Of a stretch of 248,000 nucleotides of DNA, positions 69,873 through 79,700 are shown piece after piece (within the stretch, counting starts at the first letter, position 1; every line of letters starts with the position of its first letter). The position numbers and the translations under genes were made by a program. Source of the DNA: Hyalangium minutum (GTDB taxonomy: Bacteria; Myxococcota; Myxococcia; Myxococcales; Myxococcaceae); NCBI RefSeq assembly GCF_000737315.1, contig NZ_JMCB01000001.1, positions 20,001-268,000 on the forward strand. The letters are read 5' to 3'. The notes beneath the pieces were generated by a model, which searched no databases, was not told where the DNA came from, and worked only from the letters and a program-made list of their open reading frames with translations.

Positions 69873-70817
69873 TCAGAAGGTGGCGCGCAGGGGCAGCGAG
69901 GCCAACGAGCACTCGGGGAGCGCGTAGCGCTGTGTGCCCCCCGTTCCCTGGCTCAGCGAGAGCTGGAGGTGGAGCGCGTCCTCTCCCCGGCGCACCACCG
70001 GCTCCCGCGAGAGCGTGAGCCCGGGAGGCAACTCCACATCGAGGCCACAGCGCTCGGAGGCGCCACGCCCCTCGCGGAAGGGCACCACCTGGAGGCCGCC
70101 CTGGGTGACTCGCTCGACAGCGCCCAGCGGCGTCACGGTCAGCAGCGGGAGGCGCGAAGGGTCCTCGCTCTGGGAGGGCGCCAGGGCCGCCAACATCGCT
70201 CGCGCCAGCCCTTCCTCACCCGAGCGGACGCGGCCAATGTGCTGGTAGCTGCCCTCGGTGGCGTAGGCGAGCTTCCGGAAGATCTCCACACCGTCCGCGC
70301 CCAGCGAGCGGCAGCCAATCGCGTTGATGACGATGCGCTTGCCCACCGCCTCCTCGATAAGCGCCTCAGGCTTGGGCCGATCCGGATAGTCCAGATGAGG
70401 CGGCGCGTCCGCGATGATGAACACCTGGCGTTCAGTGTCCGGGCCCAGGTCCCACTTCAACTCGCGCAGCGCCGCCGTGAGGCCCGCGAGCACATCCTCG
70501 GGCGTATCTCCGCCCCCGTCCGCCGAGAGCGTGGCGAGGAACTGGTAGCTCACGTCTACGTCCTCGCTCAGCGGGGACACCCGCGTCAGGTAGGCATCGC
70601 CCTTGTCCTTGTAGGCCACCACGCCCACGCGGACGCGCTCGTTCGGACGCGCCGTGCGCAGCGCCTCCGTCAGCTCGCGGACACGCTCCTTGGCTTCGCG
70701 GATCTCCCCGGACATGGAGCCCGTGGTGTCCAGCAGGAAGACGAGTTCGAGGTGCGCCCGGGCTGAAACCGGCCAGAGCGAGAGGAGGAGCAGGAAAAGA
70801 AGGATTTGAGGGCGCAT
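69873..70817 (-). CDS. Secreted vWA domain protein
   Basis: FLLDTTGSM, GGGD.PED. Confidence 0.8.
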   Translation of the reverse strand: MRPQILLFLLLLSLWPVSARAHLELVFLLDTTGSMSGEIREAKERVRELTEALRTARPNERVRVGVVAYKDKGDAYLTRVSPLSEDVDVSYQFLATLSADGGGDTPEDVLAGLTAALRELKWDLGPDTERQVFIIADAPPHLDYPDRPKPEALIEEAVGKRIVINAIGCRSLGADGVEIFRKLAYATEGSYQHIGRVRSGEEGLARAMLAALAPSQSEDPSRLPLLTVTPLGAVERVTQGGLQVVPFREGRGASERCGLDVELPPGLTLSREPVVRRGEDALHLQLSLSQGTGGTQRYALPECSLASLPLRATF

Positions 70818-71006
70818 GGACACAGGGGGCAGGTGTCCATCGGCTAGAGCAGGAACTGGACCAGCGCCCCGGCGCTCGGAGACGCGCGGCTCGTGGTCCT
70901 CGGCCCACACACGCCGTGTCGGGGTGCCCACACGTCCAAGGAGTGCATTTGTGTGTCAGCGCCGCTTGACAGTGTGGATCCCCTCACCTGAGCATCCGAG
71001 ACACCC

Positions 71007-71609
71007 ATGTCCGCGACCGCCCAGAGCGAGCCCGTCGTCTTCAGTCAGTTGTTCGAGGCCCTGGTCATGCACGCCATGCGGGGCAGGTTGGATCCCGACG
71101 CCGTGCGCCGCCTCGAGACCGCCGGGCTCGACCTGAGCCGCCCGCTGCTTGTCGCCTACCCCCTCACCGTCTGGTACGACGTGGTGGGGATCTGCTCGGA
71201 GCTGCTCTTCCCGAACCTGCTTCGCAACGAGGCCACGTACGCCACCGGCAAGAAAACGGCCGAGGGCTACAGCCACACCACCATGGGCAAGGCGCTCTTC
71301 GACGGCCTGCGCAAGCTGGGCTGGCAGCGGGCGCTGAGCCAGCTGGCGCGCTCGCTGAAGACGGGCGGCAACTTCCTGGCGGCGCACTCCCACGAGCTGC
71401 CGGGCGGAGAGCTGGAGATCACCCTCGAGGTTCTCCCCGAGTTCATCCCCGCCCTGGCCGCGCACCCCGGCATCGACGCCAGCTTCATGCGCGGCTTCCT
71501 GGATGCGTCCGCGGAGCTTGTCCGCGGCCCGGCCTCGCCTCGCTTCGCGCTCACGGCGACGGACCCCGCCGCCCGCCGCGCTACCTTCGTGCTTCGCGAG
71601 AAGGCTTGA
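71007..71609 (+). CDS. DUF2378 family protein
   Basis: GLDL..PLL.AYP, GY..T.MGKAL. Confidence 0.8.
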   Translation: MSATAQSEPVVFSQLFEALVMHAMRGRLDPDAVRRLETAGLDLSRPLLVAYPLTVWYDVVGICSELLFPNLLRNEATYATGKKTAEGYSHTTMGKALFDGLRKLGWQRALSQLARSLKTGGNFLAAHSHELPGGELEITLEVLPEFIPALAAHPGIDASFMRGFLDASAELVRGPASPRFALTATDPAARRATFVLREKA

Positions 71610-74181
71610 GCCCGCTTCGAGGCAGGTACACGGTGAACGTCGCGCCCTCGCTGGGCTCGCTCCGCACTTCGATGCGGCCTCCCATCAGCCCCAACAGCTC
71701 CCGGGTGATCCACAGCCCCAGCCCCAGCCCTCCGTAGTTCTTCTCGGACACCGCGCGCGCAAAGCGCTCGAAGATGCGCTCATGGTCCTCGGGGGCGATG
71801 CCGATGCCATGGTCCCTCACCCGGATCATCACGTGCTCCGGGGTGGAGAAGATCGCGATCTGGATCGGCTGGCCTGGGCCGTACTTCGACGCGTTGGTGA
71901 GCAGGTTGGTCAGCACCTGCTCCAGCCGCAGCCGATCCCACCACCCCACGAGCGGCCCATCCCACGTGAGTGAGACGGCACAGCCGGCCCGCTCGAGCTC
72001 GGGCATCATCCTCTGGACGGCGTCCTCCACGAAGGCGGTGAGCTCGAACTCCTCCTTGTTCAGCCTCAGCATGTCCCGGGTGAGGCGCCTCACGTCCAGC
72101 AGCTCGTTCATGAGCCGCTTGAGCTGGTTGGCCTGGCTCTGGCACTGGGCAATCCGCCGCCGCAGCGCTTCGGGTGGCTCTTCCAGCCCGCGGCGCTGCA
72201 GATTCGCCAGGCTCAGCAAGAGGGCCGTCAGCGGCGTCTTCAGCTCGTGCCCCGCCACCAGGACGAACTGATCCCGGAGCGCGATGGCCTCCTGCGCCTC
72301 CTGGTAGAGCCGGGCCCGCTCCAGGGCCTGGGCACAGAGCTGGGCCAGCGCGAGCGCGAACGCACGCTCTTCCGGGCTGAAGGTGCGCGCGGTGCCGAAG
72401 CTGAGCACCAGCCCCCCGATCACCCTCCCCTCGACCCACAGGGGCAACGCCATCCAAGCGCCATCGATGATCTCCGGGACCCGCGACACCAGCTCCGGGT
72501 AGCGCTCCCGCATCACCCGCCCGGACTCGACCCAGATCGCCGTCTGCTGCTTCAGCGCGCAAGTGATGGGCGCGTTCATCGTCAAGGGGATGCGTGCGTA
72601 ACGCCGTCTCACCTGGCTGTCATACCCGGAGGCATGGAGCAGCTCGGCCGCCGTGCCGCTGGCGTCCACCCGGTACACCGCCGCAGCCCGCGCGAAGAGC
72701 GTGTCCTTGACCTCGTTCATGACGGCATCGGCGATCTGCGCGGGCAGCAAGGCCATTCCCAGGGACACGGCCACCCGGTGCAGGGCCTCGGTCCGATGCT
72801 CCAGCACCCCCTCGCGCTGACGGATCTCCCGCTCGATCCAGTGCAGCCGCGCGGCATCGAGCGCGGGTGAGGCCAGCACCGCGAGCACCTCCGCGAGCGC
72901 CAGGTCCTCGGCCCCGAGCGGCCCGGTGGGATCCGTCGAGGCAAACCAGAGGCACCCCAGGACATCGCCGTCCCATCTCAGCGGCACCACCAGGAAGTCC
73001 GTGAGCCCGGCCCCCCGCAGCTGGCCCAGGTGCTCCTCATCCAGGGACACGGCCTGGAGCACCAGCTCTGGGGAGCCACTGAGGAGCTGAGCCCGGCCGG
73101 TGTGAAGGGCCCGGGTGAGGATCGGGAAGAGCCGCGCCCAGGGGCCCTGCTCCCCGCCAGGACTGTCCGGGAAGAGCGCCATGCGCTCCAGCCCTTGCCC
73201 CTGAAGGAGCGCCACGCCCCCCCGATCCCCGAGCCACGGGAGCGCCAGCTGCTCGATGCGGCGGAAGAGCTCCCGCGTGTCCAGGCCCTTGGCCAGCGTC
73301 TGCCCCACCCGCGTCACCCAGGCGAGCCGCTCCTCGGCAGTCAGGGTGTGCGCCCGAGGCGTCCGCGTCCGGGAGGACAGTGGCTCCAGCCCCTGTGGCG
73401 AGGCCGGTTTCCCCCGAGTCACGCGGGACGCGCGGCGGCCAAAGCGCGCAGCCGAGAACGCATGCACCACGGCCAATACTGAGCGCACTTGCCCCTCCTG
73501 GTCGAACTCGGGGATCAGCCGCGAGTGCATTCGGGCGGGCTGGGGCTCTCGGCCCTCGCCCATGATGAGGAACCGGAACTCCAGTTCCTGTTGCTCTCCT
73601 CTTCGGAACGCCCGGCGGAATCCCTCGTTCCAGAGCCGGACGAGCTGCGGGGGCATGCCCAGTTCCTCGTTCGTCTTCCCCAGGAAGACCGCCGGGGGAA
73701 TGCCCAAGAGCTGCTCGCAGGAGGGGCTCATGTCGCTGTGGCGCAGTTGGGGATCCAGGCGCGTGATGAGCCGGCCCAGGGCACCGGGCTCCTCGGGCGC
73801 TAGGGAGAAACCAGGCGCTGCGCCATCTCCCTGCGTGATTCCCACCATCTGCCCGAGGAGCCACACCGTTCCCCGCTTCCGGACAGCATCCAGCGAGAGC
73901 TGGAACAGGCGAGGCGCCGCCCTGGCCCCACGGACAAGATACCGGCCCACCGAAGGATGGCCGCGGGTGGCGGCCTGACAGCTCGCGAGAAAACGCTCCT
74001 GGTCCTGCGCGAACAGCGTCTCCCACAGGAAGTGGGAGTCGTCCCACCAACGCGCCAGGGGGAAGCCGAGTGCCTCGGCATGCCCCTTCACGAACCGGCA
74101 CCGCAACGTCTCTGCTTCCGCCTCCCAGCTCACACAAATGGTGTGGGCGGGAAAGCAGCCGACCCTCGGATACTCCGTCAT
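71581..74181 (-). CDS. PAS/GAF sensor histidine kinase
   Basis: HELKTPL, NLL.NA.KYG, D.G.GI, GLGLGL. Confidence 0.88.
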   Translation of the reverse strand: MTEYPRVGCFPAHTICVSWEAEAETLRCRFVKGHAEALGFPLARWWDDSHFLWETLFAQDQERFLASCQAATRGHPSVGRYLVRGARAAPRLFQLSLDAVRKRGTVWLLGQMVGITQGDGAAPGFSLAPEEPGALGRLITRLDPQLRHSDMSPSCEQLLGIPPAVFLGKTNEELGMPPQLVRLWNEGFRRAFRRGEQQELEFRFLIMGEGREPQPARMHSRLIPEFDQEGQVRSVLAVVHAFSAARFGRRASRVTRGKPASPQGLEPLSSRTRTPRAHTLTAEERLAWVTRVGQTLAKGLDTRELFRRIEQLALPWLGDRGGVALLQGQGLERMALFPDSPGGEQGPWARLFPILTRALHTGRAQLLSGSPELVLQAVSLDEEHLGQLRGAGLTDFLVVPLRWDGDVLGCLWFASTDPTGPLGAEDLALAEVLAVLASPALDAARLHWIEREIRQREGVLEHRTEALHRVAVSLGMALLPAQIADAVMNEVKDTLFARAAAVYRVDASGTAAELLHASGYDSQVRRRYARIPLTMNAPITCALKQQTAIWVESGRVMRERYPELVSRVPEIIDGAWMALPLWVEGRVIGGLVLSFGTARTFSPEERAFALALAQLCAQALERARLYQEAQEAIALRDQFVLVAGHELKTPLTALLLSLANLQRRGLEEPPEALRRRIAQCQSQANQLKRLMNELLDVRRLTRDMLRLNKEEFELTAFVEDAVQRMMPELERAGCAVSLTWDGPLVGWWDRLRLEQVLTNLLTNASKYGPGQPIQIAIFSTPEHVMIRVRDHGIGIAPEDHERIFERFARAVSEKNYGGLGLGLWITRELLGLMGGRIEVRSEPSEGATFTVYLPRSGLKPSREARR

Positions 74182-74328
74182 GTCCCCCCCACAATCCGCT
74201 CTGGGATTTCGTTTGGGATCACTGGGAACTGTTTCGTCCCTCAGTCACTAACACTCCCTTCACCTCACATGTTGATTCACCCTGGGTATTCCCCGAGGGC
74301 AGTGTCCCTGACGCCCCAGGGAGTTGGC

Positions 74329-76701
74329 TTACGGACGCTCGCGAACGACGAGCCGCCGGCGCGAGGAGAGGCCGCGGTCGTCGGTGACGAGGATCTCGTG
74401 GGTGCCCACGGCAGGCGTCCACCACAGGCGCTCGTCGGCCTTCGCCCGGCCGAGGAACTTTCCATTCACGAACCAGGTCAGCTCGCGATCGTGCGCTGTC
74501 TCCGCCTCCAGCGGGACTTCTTGCTGATCCGCGGAGACGCCAGGGATGAGGAGCGCCACCTGGCCCTCGGCGGGCGAGAGGATCTCCGGGGCGTGCTCGG
74601 CCCCACCAGGCTCGCAGCCAGGCGCGTACGCAGGAGGCGTGGGCAGGCTGCGGTGCTGCTCGGTGAGCCACCGGCGGATGCTCGCCGGCCACGTGAGGTA
74701 CACGCGGGACTCGACTTCACGGCCCGCCCGGCACGCGGGGCTCACCGCCAGCCCCGTCTTCGCGTCCACCTCCACCTTCAGGTGGTAGGGACAGGGCTCG
74801 GTGGGCACCGCGGAGCGCCGCGCGTAGACCTCCTTGCGATCCTTGCACGCGTCCGTGGGCAGGTGCCCGGAGTAGGTGCACACCTCCACGAGCGTGAGGT
74901 CCTGCGGCGCCACCGGCTCTTCCTTCACCGAGGCACGTCCGCGCGGGCCCACCGCCTCGAGCAGCTCGAAGAGCAGCGGCCCAGCGGCGTCCGCGCCCAC
75001 GAGGTGCACGCTGGGGGTGTTGTTCATGTTGCCGAGCCACACCACCGCCGTATGCCGGGGCCCCGAGCCCGCCGCCCACGCATCGCGGTGGCCAAAGCTC
75101 GTGCCCGTCTTCCAGTGCACCTGCGCGGGCATGCCGGTGAGCTGACGGCGCGCGGGGAAGTCCGGACGATCTCTCAGGGACAGGGAGCGCCGGGTGAGCC
75201 AAGCCGCACCTGGGGAGAACAGCTCCCGGGGCTCGGGGCGAGGCTTGCCCTCGTCCAGCAACAGCAGCGGGCGCGAGCGTCCTTCCTGCGCGAACGCCAC
75301 GTACAGCCCCGCCAGCTCCAGCGGCGTTACTTCGAGGCCACCCACGGCCGCGGACAGGCCGTAGTAGCCGGGATCGGGCCGCAGGCTGTTCACCCCGGCC
75401 AGACGCAGTGTGCCCAGGAAGCGCTCCACCCCGAGCGACCGCAGCAGGTTCACGAACGGCAGGTTGAGGGACTGAGAGAGGGCGTACTCCATGCGCACCA
75501 CGCCCATGAAGCGCCCGTCGAAGTTGTGCGGCACATAGCCGCCGTAGGACTCGGGAATGTCCGACACGAGGTGCTCGGGCAGCACGAGCCCTCGATCAAT
75601 GCCCATGGCATAGATGAGCGGCTTGAGCGCCGAGCCCGGCGAGCGCGGCGTGTCGAAGCCGGGGATCTGCCCACCGTGCCGGGTGTCGAAGAAGTCGAAG
75701 CTGCCCACCAGCGCGAGCACCTCGGCGCGCTCGTGGTCCACCACCACCGCGGCTCCGTTGTGGATGCCCTTGGTGGCCAGATCTCCCGCCGCGTCGCGCA
75801 TGAGGCGCTCGGCCAGCCGCTGCGTGCCCGCGTCCAGCGTGGTGCGCAGCCGCGTGAGGTCCCCGCGCAGGGCACGCAGGTACATGGCCGCGTGCGGAGC
75901 TTCCCGGGGGAACGGCGTGAGCCCGCGCGGCACGGGCGTGTTGCGGACCTCGGCGAGCACGGCCTCGGAGGAGGCCTTCGCCTCGGCGGGCCCCAGCGGG
76001 AGCGCCAGGTCCTCCAGCAGCCGTCGCGCCACCTCGTCCCGAGCCGCCTTGAGCCGCGCGGCATTCTCCGGCGTGGGGAAGCGCCGGTTCGGGTTCTGGG
76101 GCACCGCGAGCAGTGTGGCGATCTCCGCGGGGCTCAGGTGCGCGGAGCTGTGCCCGAAGTAGGCCAGGGACGCGGCCTCCACGCCCTCCACGTTGCGCCC
76201 GTAGGGGACGAACTGGAGGTAGGCCGAGAGAATGTCGTCCTTGGACAGGCGCAGCTCGAGCTGCACGGCCCGGAAGGACTCGATGAGCTTGGACAGCAGG
76301 GTGCGCGGCCGGGGCTCCAGCACGCGCACCAACTGCATGGTGAGCGTCGAGGCCCCGGACACCCGGCGCCCCTTCGTCACGTTGGACAGCACCGCGCGCA
76401 CCACCGCGAGGGGATCCACGCCGGGGTGCCAGGCGAAGCGCTTGTCCTCCAGCGCGAACAGCGCCCGGAGGTAGGCCGGGTCGATGGCCTGCGGCCTCAG
76501 GGGAATGCGCCACCGCTCATCCGGCGCAAGGAAGACGTGGGCCGGAGTTCCATCCCGGTACTCGATGACCACCGAGTGCGGCGAGGAGAGCCGCTCCGGC
76601 AGAGGCACCCACCACGCCGCCGCCCCCCCTGCCCCGATGAGAGCGAGGAGGAACAGCAGCGCGACGGCCACCCGTCTCCTGGTGATGCGCGGCAGCTTCA
76701 T
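74329..76701 (-). CDS. pbpC: Penicillin-binding protein 1C
   Basis: EDKRF, GASTLTMQ, S..K, KTG; follows the alpha-2-macroglobulin gene. Confidence 0.92.
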   Translation of the reverse strand: MKLPRITRRRVAVALLFLLALIGAGGAAAWWVPLPERLSSPHSVVIEYRDGTPAHVFLAPDERWRIPLRPQAIDPAYLRALFALEDKRFAWHPGVDPLAVVRAVLSNVTKGRRVSGASTLTMQLVRVLEPRPRTLLSKLIESFRAVQLELRLSKDDILSAYLQFVPYGRNVEGVEAASLAYFGHSSAHLSPAEIATLLAVPQNPNRRFPTPENAARLKAARDEVARRLLEDLALPLGPAEAKASSEAVLAEVRNTPVPRGLTPFPREAPHAAMYLRALRGDLTRLRTTLDAGTQRLAERLMRDAAGDLATKGIHNGAAVVVDHERAEVLALVGSFDFFDTRHGGQIPGFDTPRSPGSALKPLIYAMGIDRGLVLPEHLVSDIPESYGGYVPHNFDGRFMGVVRMEYALSQSLNLPFVNLLRSLGVERFLGTLRLAGVNSLRPDPGYYGLSAAVGGLEVTPLELAGLYVAFAQEGRSRPLLLLDEGKPRPEPRELFSPGAAWLTRRSLSLRDRPDFPARRQLTGMPAQVHWKTGTSFGHRDAWAAGSGPRHTAVVWLGNMNNTPSVHLVGADAAGPLLFELLEAVGPRGRASVKEEPVAPQDLTLVEVCTYSGHLPTDACKDRKEVYARRSAVPTEPCPYHLKVEVDAKTGLAVSPACRAGREVESRVYLTWPASIRRWLTEQHRSLPTPPAYAPGCEPGGAEHAPEILSPAEGQVALLIPGVSADQQEVPLEAETAHDRELTWFVNGKFLGRAKADERLWWTPAVGTHEILVTDDRGLSSRRRLVVRERP

Positions 76702-76707
76702 GAAGGG

Positions 76708-79700
76708 CTACAGCAGGAAGTCCTTCCAGGGGCCGGAGACCTCGACCTGCTCGCCGGCCTGGCGCGCCCAGATGCGGGGGTCATACATGGCCTCCGCCTC
76801 CACCGGCGGCAGCGTGAACTTGCCCGCCGTCACCGCGCGCACCGCGTAGACCACCTTCTTCGACTCGCCCGCCTGCAGGCTGCCGAAGACCTCCATCCGA
76901 TCGTCCCGGATGTTCACGTAGTCCGCGGTCCAGAGCTGCTCGGAGTCCACCCACTCCACGGCGCCGCCACGGCCCAGGCGGGCGTTCTCGATCTCCCAGC
77001 CGGCGGGGAGCCGATCCACCAGGGCGATGTTCTGGATGCGCTCGCTGGTGGTGTTCTTGAGCTCTACCTCCACATAGAGGAGGTCCGCGAGGTTCACGGC
77101 ATCGCCCGGGCTCACGGTGGAGCCGTCGAGCTTCTTGTACGTGCGGTTGATGGCCAGCCCATTGCCGCCCGTCTTCACGTCGCCGTTGGAGCGCACGCCA
77201 TCGCTGTTGATGATGAGGAAGAGCTTGCCCTCCCCCTTCTCCTTCAGGTCGAGCGTGACGCCCTTGCGCTCGCTGGCGCGGACCAGGGCCCACGTGCGAT
77301 CCGAGGCGCGCACCGTCTTGCCGCCCTCGTTGTTCTTCGGCGCCACCTCCTTGCCGTCCGCCACGAGCGTGGGCGGCGTGAAGCTGGAGGCCGCGCCGGA
77401 GACGCGCTTGCCCAGGCCGGTGATGCTCCAGACCAACTCCTGCGTGGTGTACCAGTAGCTGGAGTGGCCGATGAGCGACTGGGCCACCTGCTGCGCCAGC
77501 GGCTCGCCCGCGGGATCATTGCCGAACAGATCCTGGAAGGTGCTCAGCATGAGGCCCCGGCGGCGGCGATCCGAGTAGAAGGACCAGGTGTTGCGGCGCT
77601 CGTCGGTGACGGGCGACAGGTCCGGGTTCTTCAGATCCTTCTCGTAGCGCCGGTCGCCGGCCATGTAGAGCGCGGCCTTGAGGAGGTGCTCCTCCTCGCG
77701 GGCCTCGCCGTTGAGCGTCTTCTTCTGGGCCAGCTCGTCCACGAGCTTCTGGATGCGCGCCTTGCGGCCCTTGCCTGCCATGGAGAGCACGTAGTGCATG
77801 TAGGCCTCGGCGGACTGGCCGTAGTGGTCATCGCGGCCAGCGTTGCCCTCCTTGCGGTTGAGCTCCGTACCCAGCCAGGAGATCGCATCATCCAAGCGGT
77901 CCTGCGGGACGGGGTACTTGAGCTTTTGGGCGTCCAGCAGCATGTGCGTGGCGTAGGCGGTGCCCCAGGCTACGGGCTCGGCGCTGCCAGGCCAGTAGGC
78001 GAAGCCGCCCGAGGGCGTCTGCATGGAGAGCACGCGGTTGATGCCCGCCATGACCATGTCCTCCACCTTCTTGTCGCCGGTGAGCGAGGGATCCACGTTG
78101 TCAATCAGCTGCGAGACGAACAGCAGCGGCCGCGTGGAGGAGGTCGTCTGCTCGATGCAGCCGTACGGGTAGCGGACGAGGTAGCTCAGGTGCTGCATGG
78201 ACTCGGCGTAGGGATTCGTCGTCACCCAGAACGTGGAGCGCTCGGTGGTGGGCACCCAGCCCTGGAGGTACTGCGCCATGTCCACCTTGCCGGCCTCCAG
78301 CGGGATGCGCTGCACGAGGCGCTCACGCGGCCCCGCGGGCAGCAGCGGCACGTCGAGCTGCTCGAAGGCCGTGAAGCCCCCGGCCTCGGCCGTCACCTTC
78401 AGGCGGGCGGCCCCCACGGACTGGATGGCCTTGGCCTGGAAGACGAGCGTGGTGGCCTTCCCGTTCTCCAGCTTGGTGCGTCCCTCGCTCTTGCCCAGCA
78501 TCTGCAGCGGCGAGCCCATCGAGGCGGCCGGCATGGCCATGCCCGGCACCGGGAGGTTCTCGGCGGTGAGCGTCACCTTCACCTCCTGCGGACCGCCGGA
78601 GAGGTTGGTGAGGAACACGGGGATCTGGATCTCGTCGTTCTGCGTGAGGAAGCGCGGCAGCGTCGTCTGGAGCACGAGCGGATCGCGCACCAGCACCTGG
78701 GCATCCGCGCGGCCCACGCGCTGCGGGCCGGTGGTGATGGCCATGACGCGCACGGCGCCGCGGTACATGGGCAGCTGGAAGGGCACCGTCAGCTTGCCGT
78801 TGGCGGGCACGGGGAGCACGCCGCTCCACAGCGCCACCGGCTTCACCGGCTGCACGCGGCCACCCGCGCCGCTCTCGTCACCACCCGTGGAGCGCGAGTT
78901 GCCGCCCGGGGGCACCAGCAGCGTCCAGCCGATCGTCTCGTACGTCTCCACGCCCAGGGCGCGCTTGGCGAACAGCTCCTTGAGCGGGTCCGGCGTCTTG
79001 AAGCGCGTGAGCGAGAGGATGCCCTCGTCCACCACGGCCACCGTGGCGAAGGTGGGACCCTCCTGCGGGCCCAGCTCCAGGTTCACCGTGAGGGTGCTGT
79101 TGGAGCGGACCTCGGTGGGCGCGCTGAGCTTCACCGTCTGCGTGTAGTCCGTGGGCTCCAGGGGAACGCTCGCCACGCCGAAGGCGCGGTCGGGCATGAA
79201 GGCCTCGGCGGACTCCAGGTGCGGGTCCTTCACCAGGAAGGCGCTCACATAGACGTTGGGCGCGTAGGTCTTCGGCGTGAAGGCCCACGTCACCTCACCG
79301 GGCTCCACGGCCTTCCACTCGGAGGCGATGACCTGATCCGTCTCGGCGGTGAGCAGCACCCGGCCGCGGTAGGGCACCTTGAACTTCACGGCGATGGACT
79401 CGTTGAGCTTGCCCAGCTTGGGCAGCTCCAGGGCGATGGAGGCGGGCTTGAGCGGGCGCGGCGTCTGGTCCACTCGGGCCTCGCCATCGCCGTACCAGTA
79501 GTAGCGGCCGTTGCCCTCCAGGTAGAGGTCCGTCTGCGCCGCGCCGGAGCGCACGCGGACGATGAAGCCCGCCGCATCCTGCGTGGGCGTCACGTCGAGC
79601 TGGAACTTGCCGCCCTGCACCTTGGCGGTGCCACGGCCCTCGCGCACGGGGCGCAGGTAGCGCTGGTAGCGCTCATAGCCCTCGTCCTCGTCGTAGTAGT

